From Balanoglossus misakiensis (lineage: Eukaryota > Animalia > Hemichordata): a DNA stretch of 64,000 nt. Both the position numbers and the translations under genes were made by a program. The notes beneath the pieces are model-generated. The model did no database searches, was not told where the DNA came from, and saw nothing but the letters and a program-made list of their open reading frames with translations. The stretch covers positions 2,724,075 through 2,788,074 of the forward strand of contig CM082589.2 of assembly GCA_040954595.2 (NCBI GenBank), given 5' to 3'. This document shows, in pieces, positions 39,892-55,118 of this stretch (within the stretch, counting starts at the first letter, position 1; the number at the start of each line of letters is the position of its first letter).

Positions 39892-42490
39892 ATGAACACC
39901 ATGCGTAAAGCGTTTTGTGGGCTCTTCCTCGCCGGAGTGGCGACGTTCATCTCGCTGTATTCTCTCCAAAATCTTGTAAGTTGGTATTTGGACATCTGCA
40001 TATGTGTTAATTGCACTCATTTGCACAAAGCACACGTCTTTTCATTATCAGTGAATGCCGGAGTAGACTTCAGTGGAGCGAGTGAAATATATCAAATGTG
40101 CTGCTCACCTGTTAGGACATCTCATTGTCACCAATATATTCATTGTGTTTTCCATCGTGAATTACCATTAATGTACGTTTATACAGATGTCCCAGCACCC
40201 GTGTTTACACACTGTACATAATCATGAATTAAAATATCCTGAACTGTAAAATTGCGCAAAATTTGGTAACTTATGATTAACATACGTTTCACTGAAAACA
40301 TATGTTGGCCGTACGTTTGCATTGGACGATATTATTTATGCTTTAGTTTACTTGCCATGCGTGTGAACCAAGCGATTTTATTTCTATTCATTTGTTGCAA
40401 ATTTGGAACAGACTGTAAATCATGTTGTTTGATGTGCTATGCATTTCGATAGTTGATGTTTTATTATGCATTCTATAATCAAGAACGCAACTGAAAAAGT
40501 GGGACTTTGTTTACTATTTTATATGACACCATTTCATTTTAACGCCTAGTATTCAAGTACGATTCAGCGGGTGGTTGAAAATCGGTGCAAGTCCACAGAG
40601 AAACTGGAAAGAGTAGACGGAATATCACATGTTTTTTTTCAACCACGTGGGGACAGAAAAAATATTACTTTAGAATCCAAAACGGACTATCTCTGGAATA
40701 TGTCGTCAGCGTTTCTCAGCAGCAGAGGAATGACAGACGCGAATAAATCAACGTTTGTGTTGTTGAATGAAGGAGAAATAGAAAAAGGTGACGTCGTTCA
40801 GATTCGTATAACAGCTGTTGATGAATACAACAGAGCAAGGTCGCTTGGGGGCGATCTTCTGCTCGCCACGCTATACAACAAGAAGGAAAGATTTGCCACG
40901 CAGGGAAGAATTGAGGACCACCAGAACGGATCGTACACGGCTCGTTTCTACGCGGGGTATGACGGCACCGTAAGTGTTGACGTCACGCTTGTTCTCCAGA
41001 GGGAAGCTGTCACGTGGCAGGAAAGCGTGTTTAGGAAAAGCGAACCGCGTGCCTGGTGGACTGGGAAATTTGTTCAGGGCGATAAAACAGAAACCTCGCA
41101 ATGCTTCGTGAAGAGAGAGGGGACGTGGAAGAACAAGTGCGAGTTCCCTCACCAGAACGCTCTGGGAAAGACGAGATTTCTCTGCGATCCGCCAGAGTCT
41201 CTTCCGTGCAGCAGTCTGTCATTTATATCTTTCATGCTTCATGAGTTGCCAACAGGATTGCAGAAGGAAATCGGAGAGCACCGATACCTTTTCCAACCGT
41301 GAGTGACATACATGTATATATCTCGGATCTCTCCTTAGATTCTCGCATCAGTGTATGTTTGTGTGAATCGTGCACCAGGGGTTTGTCATTTTCTTGTGAT
41401 TATTGCAAGTTTTTATATCGCAAGTTTTATTCATTATTCTATTCATTGTGTTTTTACATGTGTTTTATTCAAGTGGCTGAAGTTTTGCTAGACTGTAAGA
41501 GAATATCACTTAAGCTTTCGCGCATGCTTCGTTTACAGGCCACATGCCATGCAGCCAATCAAAGGAAGCGTATCAACGCGGGCGGTCAAAGGTAACCCGA
41601 AGCATTCATTTATAAGAGCAATAATATGAACGGTTCAGTCATTGTACCTGTAAAATTTAATCACCTGTCTCTTCTTTAAAGATTCAGAAACCAGGTTTGA
41701 AGTCCCACCGTGTCAGACAGATCTTCCGGTCCCGATGTCTGATGGGTATTGGCTCGGTGACAGGTGGCACTCGCTGATGTGCAAGAGCAGAGAGTGGTAC
41801 GACCCGAAAGAAGTTCAACAATGTCTGAAAGGGAGAGATATCTACTTTCTCGGTGACTCGACAACTCGCCAATGGTTTCAAAAGTTTCTGCAGATATTAG
41901 GCTACCCGCTAGAAGTTACGGATTCCGATTCTAATTGGAGAAAAAGGGTTGCGCCAATTCCAAACAACTACACGGTTACTGGTGAGGACGACTACTGTTG
42001 GCAAATTAAGGACCTGCGGAACAATATCAATTTTACGTATCGACATCACGCGTTGACGCGCCACGGAGAAGTGCCCGTCAGTCGCTTTCCGTACGTAGTG
42101 GATATCGTCGACGCTCTGTCGGCCCCGAAGTGCAATTACGTCATTGTTACAAGTCTATGGGCTCACTTCAACGCGTGGACGCTGGAAAGTTTCTCTGAGA
42201 GACTGATAAACATTCAGAAAGCGTTGGAGAGACTCAGATTCCGTTGCCCGCAAACGCTTGTAGCAATCAAGGGCCCCCATGAACGCAACGACCTCTTCCA
42301 GTACTGGATTCTGTATGACATGATACGAATTCTTAGGCAGTCATTTGTTGGCTATAATGTATTTTTCATCGACATATGGGACATGAATTTCGCTTATGCC
42401 ATCGCAAATAATCGGCAGATGGATATACACATGCCGATGGACCTCATTGGTCAGGAAGTCTTCCTTTTCCTGTCGTTCATATGCGGCTAA
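39892..42490 (+). CDS. NXPE family member, copy 3 (close paralog of copy 2)
   Basis: Exons 39892-39975 (TM), 40550-41298, 41539-41591 and 41682-42490. Motifs: GDSTTRQW, MDIHMP, FLSFICG. Confidence 0.9.
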
Positions 42491-44036
42491 GATGTGACTA
42501 GAGATGATTGGTATCTTAAAGAATAAATAATGTGTGTTGAAAATTATTATTAGTGCACGTATCAATTTATTTTCAAGCTTCATAAAAGTAACAGAGGAAG
42601 TCTCATTCAGATAGACTTGGGGGATAGTCGGGCCATACATGCGTTCCAGTCCATAGAACGTTTAGATCAATTTGGGAATGCAAACACAAATTTACTGAGG
42701 CCTACACAGCATGTACACGTACTTATTCATGGCTACTGTAATACGCATTATAACGACCGTGTGGCGGCGCACTTATCCCGAAAATTCCTAAGTCGGATCA
42801 ATGGTATCAGATCACAAACTTCCAACATGATCTTGACCGTTTCATTTCACAACTGATTAATTATAATACGTTTGTATGCGGGACATGACCATGTGCATGC
42901 AAAGGTATATTACATGTACTATGTTTGGGTCTGAAATCAAATTTACCGCCCTAGCCAATCAACGTCGACCAATGATATTTTTTCACATGCGCTTAGGTGG
43001 GCTTACCAACAACCCGGAAGTAATAAGTGAAATTGCTTCAAGAGAAAACAAATCTAAGGTGATATACACTCACCTTAGTATTCAAGCGCAAGCACTAGTG
43101 CGGTCAGGTTGCAAAGCACACGCTACGGTGAGCAAATATTTTGTTAGAGACTGAACTTTTTCATGACTTTCACTGGCACATAGCGATAACGTTATGTCTC
43201 GCAGCAAAAACGTGTCGATGGAGTGATATGGGTACATGGATGATGTACCATGTTGTACCAGGCGCAGAGTCATCATAGCATGACATAGTGAAGTGAACAG
43301 GTGAAAGGGATTGGTTGGCCCTGGTGACTTGAAACTGTTTAACAACGCCAAGGTCGTCGCCCATACATTTCGGCATCGTTTTATTTGTACAGGTTTACCA
43401 GAGCAAAGTTCAATAACAGCGTCTGAAATAATTTTTCTGATTTTTCGCATTTATCTCATGATCTGGAAAAGTGCCAAGTGTACTTGTCATTTCTATTCAA
43501 CATTTTTCCGAAGAGTAGAAAGTGGAGTAGAGTGCCGTAACTCCGCCTCGCCCAAGTAGTGTTTGAGGAAGAACAATGGCCGTCAAGCATAAAGGCACAT
43601 TCACTTTTGTTGCCGTCCATCCTTATACATACAGACCATTCATTTTTCACCTGACTGGGGGTGATGGATTGTCTGTTTGTTTGTTTGTTTTTGGGGCCGG
43701 GTCATCTTTGGAGACAGCAAGTTAAATGTTCTACGTGGTTGGAAGGGGGGGGGGGTCGTTTTGAAACATGACACCAAGGGTAGATGGGAGGCACTCTCAG
43801 AAATACTTGTCATTAATAGTTTATGACAAATATTGTCAGTATAAATACTTTCACTGTCAAAAGCTATACTCACATTTGCTGTCAAACAAAGCTAAGACAA
43901 ATTCTGTGTTCTTTCTTTGTAGCTCGCAGCCCCACAGCACACCAAGAACGTGGCACATCAACTTGGATTTCAGCTCACTGGGAAATGATAACAAGGTAAC
44001 TCATATAAGCATCACCAGCTACCAAAAGGCCTCAAC

Positions 44037-45446
44037 ATGATAACATTGCTTAGGCGCAAATGCGCAAAAATCGTCCCATTTCTGACAGTTATGGGATCGG
44101 TCTTCCTCATCATACAGATTTCATTTCTGTATTCCACAAAAGACGTGACTGCAGGTCAGAATGGGGTCGACAGAGCCCGAGACGTCGAACCGCTTCAACG
44201 CACAAATGATGACCAGGCGGGTGTTATTGTCAAAGAGGTATATCTTCCTCCGCCGAAACACGGCACGATGAATGGCAACAGTGATCCGAGTCTCTGGCGG
44301 GTCCAGCGACTCAACGAAGAGAATAAATGTCTTGAGCTTCTGATGGGGAAGTTCAACAGTATTTCTGAAGTTCAGGGGCTTTTACAAGGAACTAAGGGGG
44401 AGAGTCTACAGGCTGTGTCAGACGACGCCATCGTGAGTTGGACCTTGGACTGTGAGCTGTTTAAGGAGAAGAGGGGTTATTTCCAGCAGCCGCTGTCCAA
44501 TGCCGAGCGGTCATACCCGATTGCGTACAGCATCGTCGTGCATCAAGACGCAGCGCAGGTGGAACGGTTGCTGCGTGCCATCTACATGCCGCAGAACGTC
44601 TACTGCATCCACATTGACCTGAAAGCGTCCAACGACTTCATGCAGGCAGTGGTGAACCTCGCCAGCTGTTTCGGAAACGTCTTCATCGCATCGAAGCTCG
44701 AGGACGTAATCTACGCAGGCGTTTCTCGACTGCAGGCCGACCTGAACTGCATGCAGGACTTGGTCAGATCTGAGGTTCCGTGGAAATATCTGATAAATCT
44801 CTCCGGACAAGATTTCCCGCTGAAAACCAACTACGAGATTATACAGCAACTGCAGACATTCAAAGGCCTGAACGACATCACTGGGGTGCTACCGAATGAA
44901 CTCGTGAAACAGAGAACGGATTTTGTGTACACTGTGGAAAACGGCGAAATGGTCCACGGCAGGCTAACCAAACCTCCCCCACCGCACAACATCACCATAT
45001 ATTTCGGCAGCGCGTATAACATCTTCAGCCGGGAGTTCCTCAAGTGGGTGCTCACCGACCCTGTTCCGAGGGACTTCCTGGAGTGGACGCGAGACACATA
45101 CTCGCCGGACGAGCACTACTGGGTCTCGCTGCAGCGAATCCCAGGTGTACCTGGCGGCTACCCGAAAGCCACCTGGGGCTCCACGGCGCGGGCCATCAAG
45201 TGGTCGCAACACGAAGGCAAACTGTACCCGCTGTGCGCCGGCCAGTTTGTGCGGCAGATATGCGTGTTCGGGGTCGGCGACCTGACCTGGCTCACATCCC
45301 AGCACCACCTGTTTGCCAACAAATTTGACCTGACCTTTGACCCGGTGGTGGTTCAGTGCCTGGAAGAGTGGATGAAAGAGAGGCTGTCGAGGCATGTCAA
45401 TTGGATCAATTTCCCACACATTCTGTACAGTGAAAATGAAAAATAA
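44037..45446 (+). CDS. Core-2/I-branching beta-1,6-N-acetylglucosaminyltransferase (GT14, GCNT family)
   Basis: 469-aa single-exon ORF with a type II TM anchor. Motifs: YPIAYSIVVH, LLRAIYMPQNVYCIHID, SRLQADLNCM, WKYLINLSGQDFPLKTN, YFGSAY, TYSPDEHYW, ICVFGVGDL, FANKFD. Confidence 0.95.
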   Translation: MITLLRRKCAKIVPFLTVMGSVFLIIQISFLYSTKDVTAGQNGVDRARDVEPLQRTNDDQAGVIVKEVYLPPPKHGTMNGNSDPSLWRVQRLNEENKCLELLMGKFNSISEVQGLLQGTKGESLQAVSDDAIVSWTLDCELFKEKRGYFQQPLSNAERSYPIAYSIVVHQDAAQVERLLRAIYMPQNVYCIHIDLKASNDFMQAVVNLASCFGNVFIASKLEDVIYAGVSRLQADLNCMQDLVRSEVPWKYLINLSGQDFPLKTNYEIIQQLQTFKGLNDITGVLPNELVKQRTDFVYTVENGEMVHGRLTKPPPPHNITIYFGSAYNIFSREFLKWVLTDPVPRDFLEWTRDTYSPDEHYWVSLQRIPGVPGGYPKATWGSTARAIKWSQHEGKLYPLCAGQFVRQICVFGVGDLTWLTSQHHLFANKFDLTFDPVVVQCLEEWMKERLSRHVNWINFPHILYSENEK

Positions 45447-48141
45447 GAATAAAATTTTAGGGGTGCCAGTCACAGGATTGTGTTAATCCTAGTAGCTTTA
45501 ATCGTTTCACTACCATGGTTCGGTCCAAGTCCATTGTTTTCTATGTGATAGTTGGACCTCCATGTCCATTTACGCCTGGTATCATGAAAACATTTCTAAT
45601 TTTATCTCATAGTGCTTGGATTTTAACATTCACTGTGGCTGTACAGACTTACAAACCTCACAATAGCCAGTTATTAGACCTAGCGGCCAGTACTTACCGT
45701 TCATGTAAAAACTCTTCTTTTCACTGTTTTTAATAGATTTTGCTCATGTCTTCTTATGAGATGTGTATTTGCTTTATAAAGTCAGCATTATGGAAAACTG
45801 TTTTATTAACCTTAAAAGGTATGCACAACATTTAATGTCTGGGTTACAAACTGTGTCACCTGGATGTTAGTGAGGGTAATGTACACAAAAGGGTGTAATG
45901 TACGTATTTCAAATCCGGGATGGTTGTCGTTTTACTGTTTGTTTCAGCTCTGGTGAACACTGGGTCGACGTTGGTCACAGGAATTTTAATGCGTGTATTG
46001 GGATTCTAGGATGTATAAATGCTTGTCTCTGCCAGTGCATGCACGGTTGCTTGTTCACATAAGTGCGTTACAGATCAGGTATTTTTCTGAAAATAACAGG
46101 TTTGTCAAACTGTGCAGTGCATTCAAAAGAGCGGTTCATATACAAAGCGTCCGGGCAGACAATAGCTGGAGGTCACTTTGGAAGAATCGGCCTTCCCAGT
46201 ATGAAAGGGCTGGGTCACTGGCCGCCGGCCAGTCAGTTCCACTTATTTACAATTATACAGGGTCACACAGTGCGTAGTTGCCTTTTCAATTATCTTTATG
46301 TCAATCAAACACTTAGCATTGCACTGGAGTAGTCTGGCGTCAAGTAAGTGTCCAGGGGGGGGGGGTGTGAGTGTCCTTCTGGGAGCAGTTGCATGATCAA
46401 GAATTCTGTGAACTCAAAACAGTGTTCGTTACTAATATCCTAGGGTATTTCCACATTTCAGTTCTATGAACTTCCAATGAATTCTACTCTGTGTTTTTAT
46501 GGACGACATCCGTCCAGCCTGTCAACTGAAGCAAGGCTCTCATCCCTGCAGTACATCTGAATGGAATAGTCCAATCTTTCTTTGTGTGAAGATAGATGGG
46601 GTCAAACCAAACTGTATTATAAACAGGTGGTTGATATGACAACGCATGCGGTACATTCACGAAACTTAATTTTTTTTGTATGATAGGCAAAAATTCAGTT
46701 TGGCTGGTACATACTGCCTACTACATGTACATACCTGTAACTTTTGAATGAAACAAAGTATAATGCTTTAAATGTACATCTCATTTCAGAAAATCCGCAA
46801 TCAGACAGACCAAACACTTTATCCATGGCAACAATTCTGGCAAGTTTGAAGCCAAATGGATATATTATTCTTTATATTATTCTTTGATGGATATTCAACA
46901 TTATGTTATTGATCAGAAGCTGGTCTTTTATTTTGACTTCTTTATTCGGAGTTGTAAATTTAGAGTGTGAGAAACATTTTGACTTTACAGCATTTTATTT
47001 TTAAGACATTGCCACCAATTAATCAATGATCAAAATTAACAGGGTACATAGACAATATACTATCTCATCATCAATTCTTTTTCTCACACTCTCTGTACGG
47101 ATACAGATTGTTTTTATTAATCAGAATCTTATTTTGACTTCATTTTTTGGAGTTGTTATTTTTAGGATGCAGTCTGTAATTGAACAAATATACATAGCTA
47201 CAATCAGTAATAGGACTAAACATGTAGGGGCAAGTTTGGGAATATTTGTTTTTCTCATTTTATCCCTAAATCATGTTACAGACCCATCTTTTCAACCTGT
47301 CAACATTCAGTTCCTTGATGTGTATATACACTCACCTTGTTACTTCAGGGTGGAGGTACGGTGCCCTCAAACGACTGTACCTTACCACAGTATAGTTACT
47401 GCTAAGAGCATTTTAATCCAGATGAAATCATCTCAGAAAATGCCAGCCACGCATGATTGATAATCAAATATGGCATGTTTCAACAATGCATTACAGAGTA
47501 CAACCAGTAGCTGTTTACTCGGAGCAGAATTTTTTTTCAAAATCTTGGAAGCTTATTTCAATTTACAGAGCATTGCAAAATAACTTGTAGCTTGAGATTA
47601 AATTAACCAAATTAATATTGAAATTGAGTGTTCGACACTTATGAGGCTTATATCTGTATGTTTTGTTTATTCAAAATTTATGAATCTGTATACAGCTTAA
47701 TGGTACATGTGATATGTATTGTTCTGGACAACTATATTTTCTTAGTTGTATTTATTAAAGACGCACACACCAGTACTTTTAACATGAACCAGTACATGTG
47801 ATTTTGCTATCTTATTTGTCTAGTCCATAGTGGTACTAATGTTGTTTTATTAACATCTATATTTTTCTATAGCAATCGCAATAAAATAACATTATGAAAT
47901 AAACTCTCGCAAAGTTTTTGTTGTAGGTTGTGCAGTAAACATACATGCAAATTTATTCATCTGTCTACAAAGAATACAAAACACACTTTGTTTGTTTGTT
48001 TGCCCCCCTGCAGCTGACCCTGTGAATATTTTTTTAAAAAAATCGAACAAGTATGACAAAAGAATAAAACATTTCTTTCCAGTCTATAGAGTAAGACCAC
48101 CAGGAACTCAACTAGAAACTTTAAAAAAAAAATACATTTCA

Positions 48142-51100
48142 TCAATTATAATACGGGTTGTAAGTGACCCAATGAGGCTGGTCCTTTTTCTTCTCTTTTT
48201 CCTTGTCAAAGAAAAGTGATTTATAAGCAGCACTCTTCTTCACATCATACGCAGCTCTCTTGTCGCCGTTTGGCGCTGACGGGCCACCGTTGGCGAGCTT
48301 GGATTTGCCGTTCACCATTTTCGTGTCTCCGTTGGAAGTGCTGGCTTCTCCGTCTTTTCTGGCAAGTTTGCTGGGCTTCGGACCGCTTGATGTGCTCGGT
48401 AGATCTGCGTCAGCCAAGAAACAAAACAAAACAAAGTGTTGAAGTTATGATGCAATCAGTCTACAATAAGGCTAAATGTTTATCCACGTTGACCCCCCCC
48501 CCCCCCCTGGTGACCTATGACATCATTCGGATGATTTATTCCGGGGCTAGTTTCAAAAGGCTTAATCTTATATGCAGCATGATTGTATTGGTCCAATGTC
48601 CATTGTTGACAGTCCAAACTCTGACCGAAATACCAGCCTGTACCCGACCACAATGCATTTGAGGGTCAGAGTAACACAGCAGTAGCTTTGATGTAAGGGG
48701 GATTCCCCCTGGGTGATTTCCGTGAACATCACCACTACCTGGACAACAAACAAAGAAGCTGGCACATCGCAGAAAAACGCTCATTCTCACGTGAAGGGAG
48801 GAAGATCAGACATCAATCTGATTTCCTTAATCCAGCAGAAAATCACAAAAGCTGTAAGTATACATATCTCTCTGTATGCATTAGCACTTTTTCAGTAAAA
48901 ATCGCCAATACTGTAGAGGGTAAAGTCGAGCTTGCATACATCTACTTAAGTACACATAGTAGCAGGGAAAATACGCACGTCACTGAAGATTTTTTTCCAC
49001 TCAATCTGTCACAACTGTGCTGTCCTGGTTTGTTAATCTACAAATTAACTACTGGTGAATTTTACAGCTTCATACAGAAGCATGAATGAGTTATTTTATG
49101 AAAAGTAAACCATTTTTGTTGGGGTGACCTAATTCCCAAATTAATCGTTATTGCTGGTCTCAGATGGCAGGTAACACTCACACACACACCAACAACAAAT
49201 GTTGGCTGACATAATTTCTTGATGAACTTTCTACCGTTTCACTCTGTGAAGTAAAATTATCTTTTCTATCATTTCACTTCACTTTTTAAGTAAGTGTGTT
49301 TGTTTTTCAATCCACCAGTTTCATTTTACAGTCTGTATATATACAATCCAAGCTGTAGTCCTGTGACCTACTTATGGCTGCCTTCGGAAACCTGCCGAAC
49401 AATGGGATTGATCCGTTCATTTCTCACTTACACAGTTTAGCTGATGAGATCGGGAGAGGTAAGGTACACATTCTGAATTAAAATTTCATGGAAATGCTAC
49501 CATCCTGTGAAATGCTTGTACAAACACAATTTTTGTTGTCACTCTTTACAGAGGATCACCTGCGCATGATCAATTGCTGCGGAGGCCTCAAACCACCCAT
49601 CCCAGTGCGAGAGCGAGAAAAGTTGAAGATCGGGGAGAATGGATACTCGTCTCCCTTCCAGTTATTTGAAAAGTTAACACACACTGGCCATTTATCCAAG
49701 AGCAAACCAGATATTCTTATCGGGCTTCTGAAGATGATTAACAGGCACGATCTGGCCGACAGAACAAGAGTCCGGTTTGAGATAGGTTTTGACAGACATT
49801 GCTCCGATGGGGAGATCGAGGCAAGATTGAACGCAATGGAGTAGAAGTTCTTCCTTAGATCTGTTTCTGAGGCAGTTTCATTAACTAAGCTGTGTATTAT
49901 TTTGAGCAGAATAACATGATTGTAATGTTATAATCCAGTGGACTTCAAAGGACTTTTAGCACTCATCTAGACAGCAAAAACACCTTTTTTAAGGCAGAGA
50001 GAACTTGCCCTGAAGTGAAAGGACTCTCATCGACTACATACCTTGTGATGCTGACGATGTACTGGGTTGCTCTGAACTCTTTGATGTACTCGCTTGGTCG
50101 GCTGAGAGTTTGTGTTTGGCAGCTTTCTTGGCTTTCTGTAAAGATATTTTAGACAGTTTTCAAGGGTAAACATTTAAGAGAGTCATGAAACTTGGACATA
50201 CCAACACCCGACCCATGACATTCAATTTCATAAACTAGCATAATGGACCCTATCTTAATACAGATTTTAAGAACAGTTTATACAAAGGAGAAAAAAGAAA
50301 TCAGTTTCCATTTGGTTACCTTCTCTGCTTTGGCTTTCGCTCTTCTTTCTTCCATCTTCTGTCTCAAGACGTCAACATCTTCATCTGTGCCGTTCAGGAT
50401 CACTTCCTCCCCCTGTGTATATGCTTTTCCACACTGGAATGAAAAGAAAACATATTCTATTGTCTACAAGTTACAGGACTTTAACACAGGGTTCCAAATA
50501 TCCCATTCTCGATGAAATTAAATCTTAGCAGGAACTGTGCTTTGGTTATCATTACAGTACCTTGTGACAGACGTCTGACTTGACTTCCTTCAAGGCTCTC
50601 TCTGAAAACACACAGCCACACTTTGTCAGGTAGCAAAATCTGAAAGCAAAGATAGATGACAGTTACAGTTATTTTCTTCATAGTTCATTTCTGTTTCACT
50701 TGTGAAGATAGCGCTTCCATTTTCCTGCTTAATGGAACCTGACACTCAGACAGACAGCGTTGACTGACCATACCTGTGTCGGCCATTCATCTCCAGACCA
50801 CTGACTGGACATATGTAGCGTGACTTCTGTCTGTCAATGTATGTATCACCTTTGTCAGCACCGTTCTCATTCGCATAGGCTGGGTTCTCTGTCAACTGAA
50901 GCTCGGTGACATCCTGTGATAATGGGGAGACGAATCATATACATCAATTTAATAACGGTCTATAATTGAGATCGAGACTGTTTTTCATGCATCAAATTTA
51001 CCATAATGGAGACAATTGTTTTCACTTACTTTCAAGTTTCTGATGTGTTGTGCATTTTCACTGGTGGATTTGTCTAGCAGATATTCCAAAACCGATTCCT

Positions 51101-51875
51101 TATTGTAGAGTCTAGAATGGAAAGAGAACAGTATTTTGGTACGCTTTGCCGGAAAGATTTTGGCTTGAGTGTATAAGCCTTAAATCTAATTCCAATGTAC
51201 TGGTACTACTATGTTACATGTTCTTTTATAATACATACAGTAACAGTATATTCACCTTCCTAATTCACAAGCAACAATAGGTTGTTCCAAAGCCTCTTGG
51301 GTGATTGCACATAGACACCATTTGGCTACCAAATCCATGTCCTTATCTTTCTGTGGAGAAAAGTACATGAAATGAACATGTTTGTTAAGTTTTATTATAA
51401 TAATACCACATTTCTCAAATATGAGTGGTCTTGGTCATGTTAATTAAGGGCTGGTTTTATTTTACCAATGAGCTGAATAATCAGAATATGAGTTACCGTC
51501 TAGGGCAGAGATGAATGTATGAACAAATGGAGTGAGCGAATGATTACTTGTTTCCATGACGCAGCACTTCCGCATTTCGCAAACGTGTTTAGCAATACCG
51601 ATCTCAAGAAATCATGATCACAGAAGCGATCGCTTGAAACAGGAATCACTCTGCATCAATATTTACATTTCTCCGTAATGAAGATTAATAAATATTCAGG
51701 CAAATCAACATTTTGACCCAACGAACGATAAAAATAGTTCATTGGTTAATTCACAGGGTAAGTGTTAGGTACACGATTGCATCTAGTTATTGGTCGTTTA
51801 GGCTACCTGTTCCGGCTTTTTCTTCAGTCTGACCAGTTCATCTCTCTTGGGAATCGTTCCTCCGTCACATCCCAT
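48142..51875 (-). CDS. RTF2: Replication termination factor 2
   Basis: MGCDGGTIPKRDELVRLKKK..KWCLCAITQEAL..VACELGRLYNKES..YICPVSGLEMNG..CGCVFSERALKEV..AYKSLF..HWVTYNPYYN, spread over 8 coding exons. Confidence 0.93.
49374..49844 (+). CDS. Small death-effector-domain (DED)-only protein, 125 aa, nested antisense in the last RTF2 intron
   Basis: Exon 49374-49458 (donor AG/gtaagg) plus exon 49552-49844 (acceptor tttacag) give MAAFGNLPNNGIDPFISHLHSLADEIGREDHLRMINCC..SPFQLFEKLTHTGHLSKSKPDILIGLLKMINRHDLADR. This resembles the FADD DED (DPFLVLLHS..RHDLL). Confidence 0.75.
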
Positions 51876-52200
51876 GGTTGCTCAGGTTAGATCTGTCCCA
51901 CGGAACAGCACAATCGTCAAAACTCTGTCAGTATCCCAAACCCACAACAAACCAACAGCGCAGCTGGTATGACGATCACTAGTATCAGTGGCATCGTGAA
52001 ATCTCGTTGCCTCTCGCGATATCGCCAGAGTTATCTAAAACAAGGGATTCCTTCATGCGGACACAGAGGGCGCAAAAAAGGGTGATGACCTTTTGGATGA
52101 CCTTTCATTTCCGGTATATAAGTTGTTTTATTTCCACGTTTCGCTCATCACTCCCCACAAGCTCAACGAGGAATCGCATCTAGTCAGCATTAGGTGAGTA
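51876..52200. promoter_or_regulatory. Putative bidirectional promoter RTF2/GALE
   Basis: The two genes are head-to-head. The region is CpG-richer and contains TCTCGCGAT (~52012), TGACCT-n6-TGACCT (52086-52103), ETS-like TTCCGG, a TATA-like tatataag (~52116) and a donor taggtgagt (~52194) for a non-coding GALE exon. Confidence 0.55.
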
Positions 52201-52842
52201 TGTAATACAGATGTTTAACAATTACCCGAAGGACGGAAAATACTTGAGTGTGTATTATCATAAGTTTGAATCTGAGGGGTGTGACTGACCATCTTCGTCG
52301 ACTGTACAGAACACACGGACGTCGTCGCCACGACAGTCGAGTCGACACCGGCAAAAACATGTATGATAGCTGACAGCTGATGCAGCATGCCGTTACACTG
52401 GATGAGCTTTTACGGTGCACAGGTGTCGAGGATTAACGGACGATATTTTACATGGTGATCAGAGTGTTATTGGCAACAGATGACGAACCAACACTCCGGG
52501 TACCGGTAACCAGCCACACCCCTTCGCGTACGTGCAAGACGTTGCCATTCTGGTGACGTAGGGGTGTTTGGTTCCGATGTGCCACGTCAAACCTGTTGGT
52601 TTTCACTGACGTATACTGTGATCATACCATACGCCAGGCATTGTTTTCTGGAATATCTATGTATGTACAGGATGTTTGTTTGAAGAAGATAATTTCTCAG
52701 TATAATTTTGTGTGTGTATGTATCATGTTCATTTCTTTCTCTCACTGAGTGTTCAGTATTTTTTTCTTATTTATCTATCAACAACGATAGTAATGACATT
52801 ATTTTCTTGTCTCGTTTCTAAAATATTTCACAGGTGAAAAAA

Positions 52843-55118
<2,276 letters not shown>

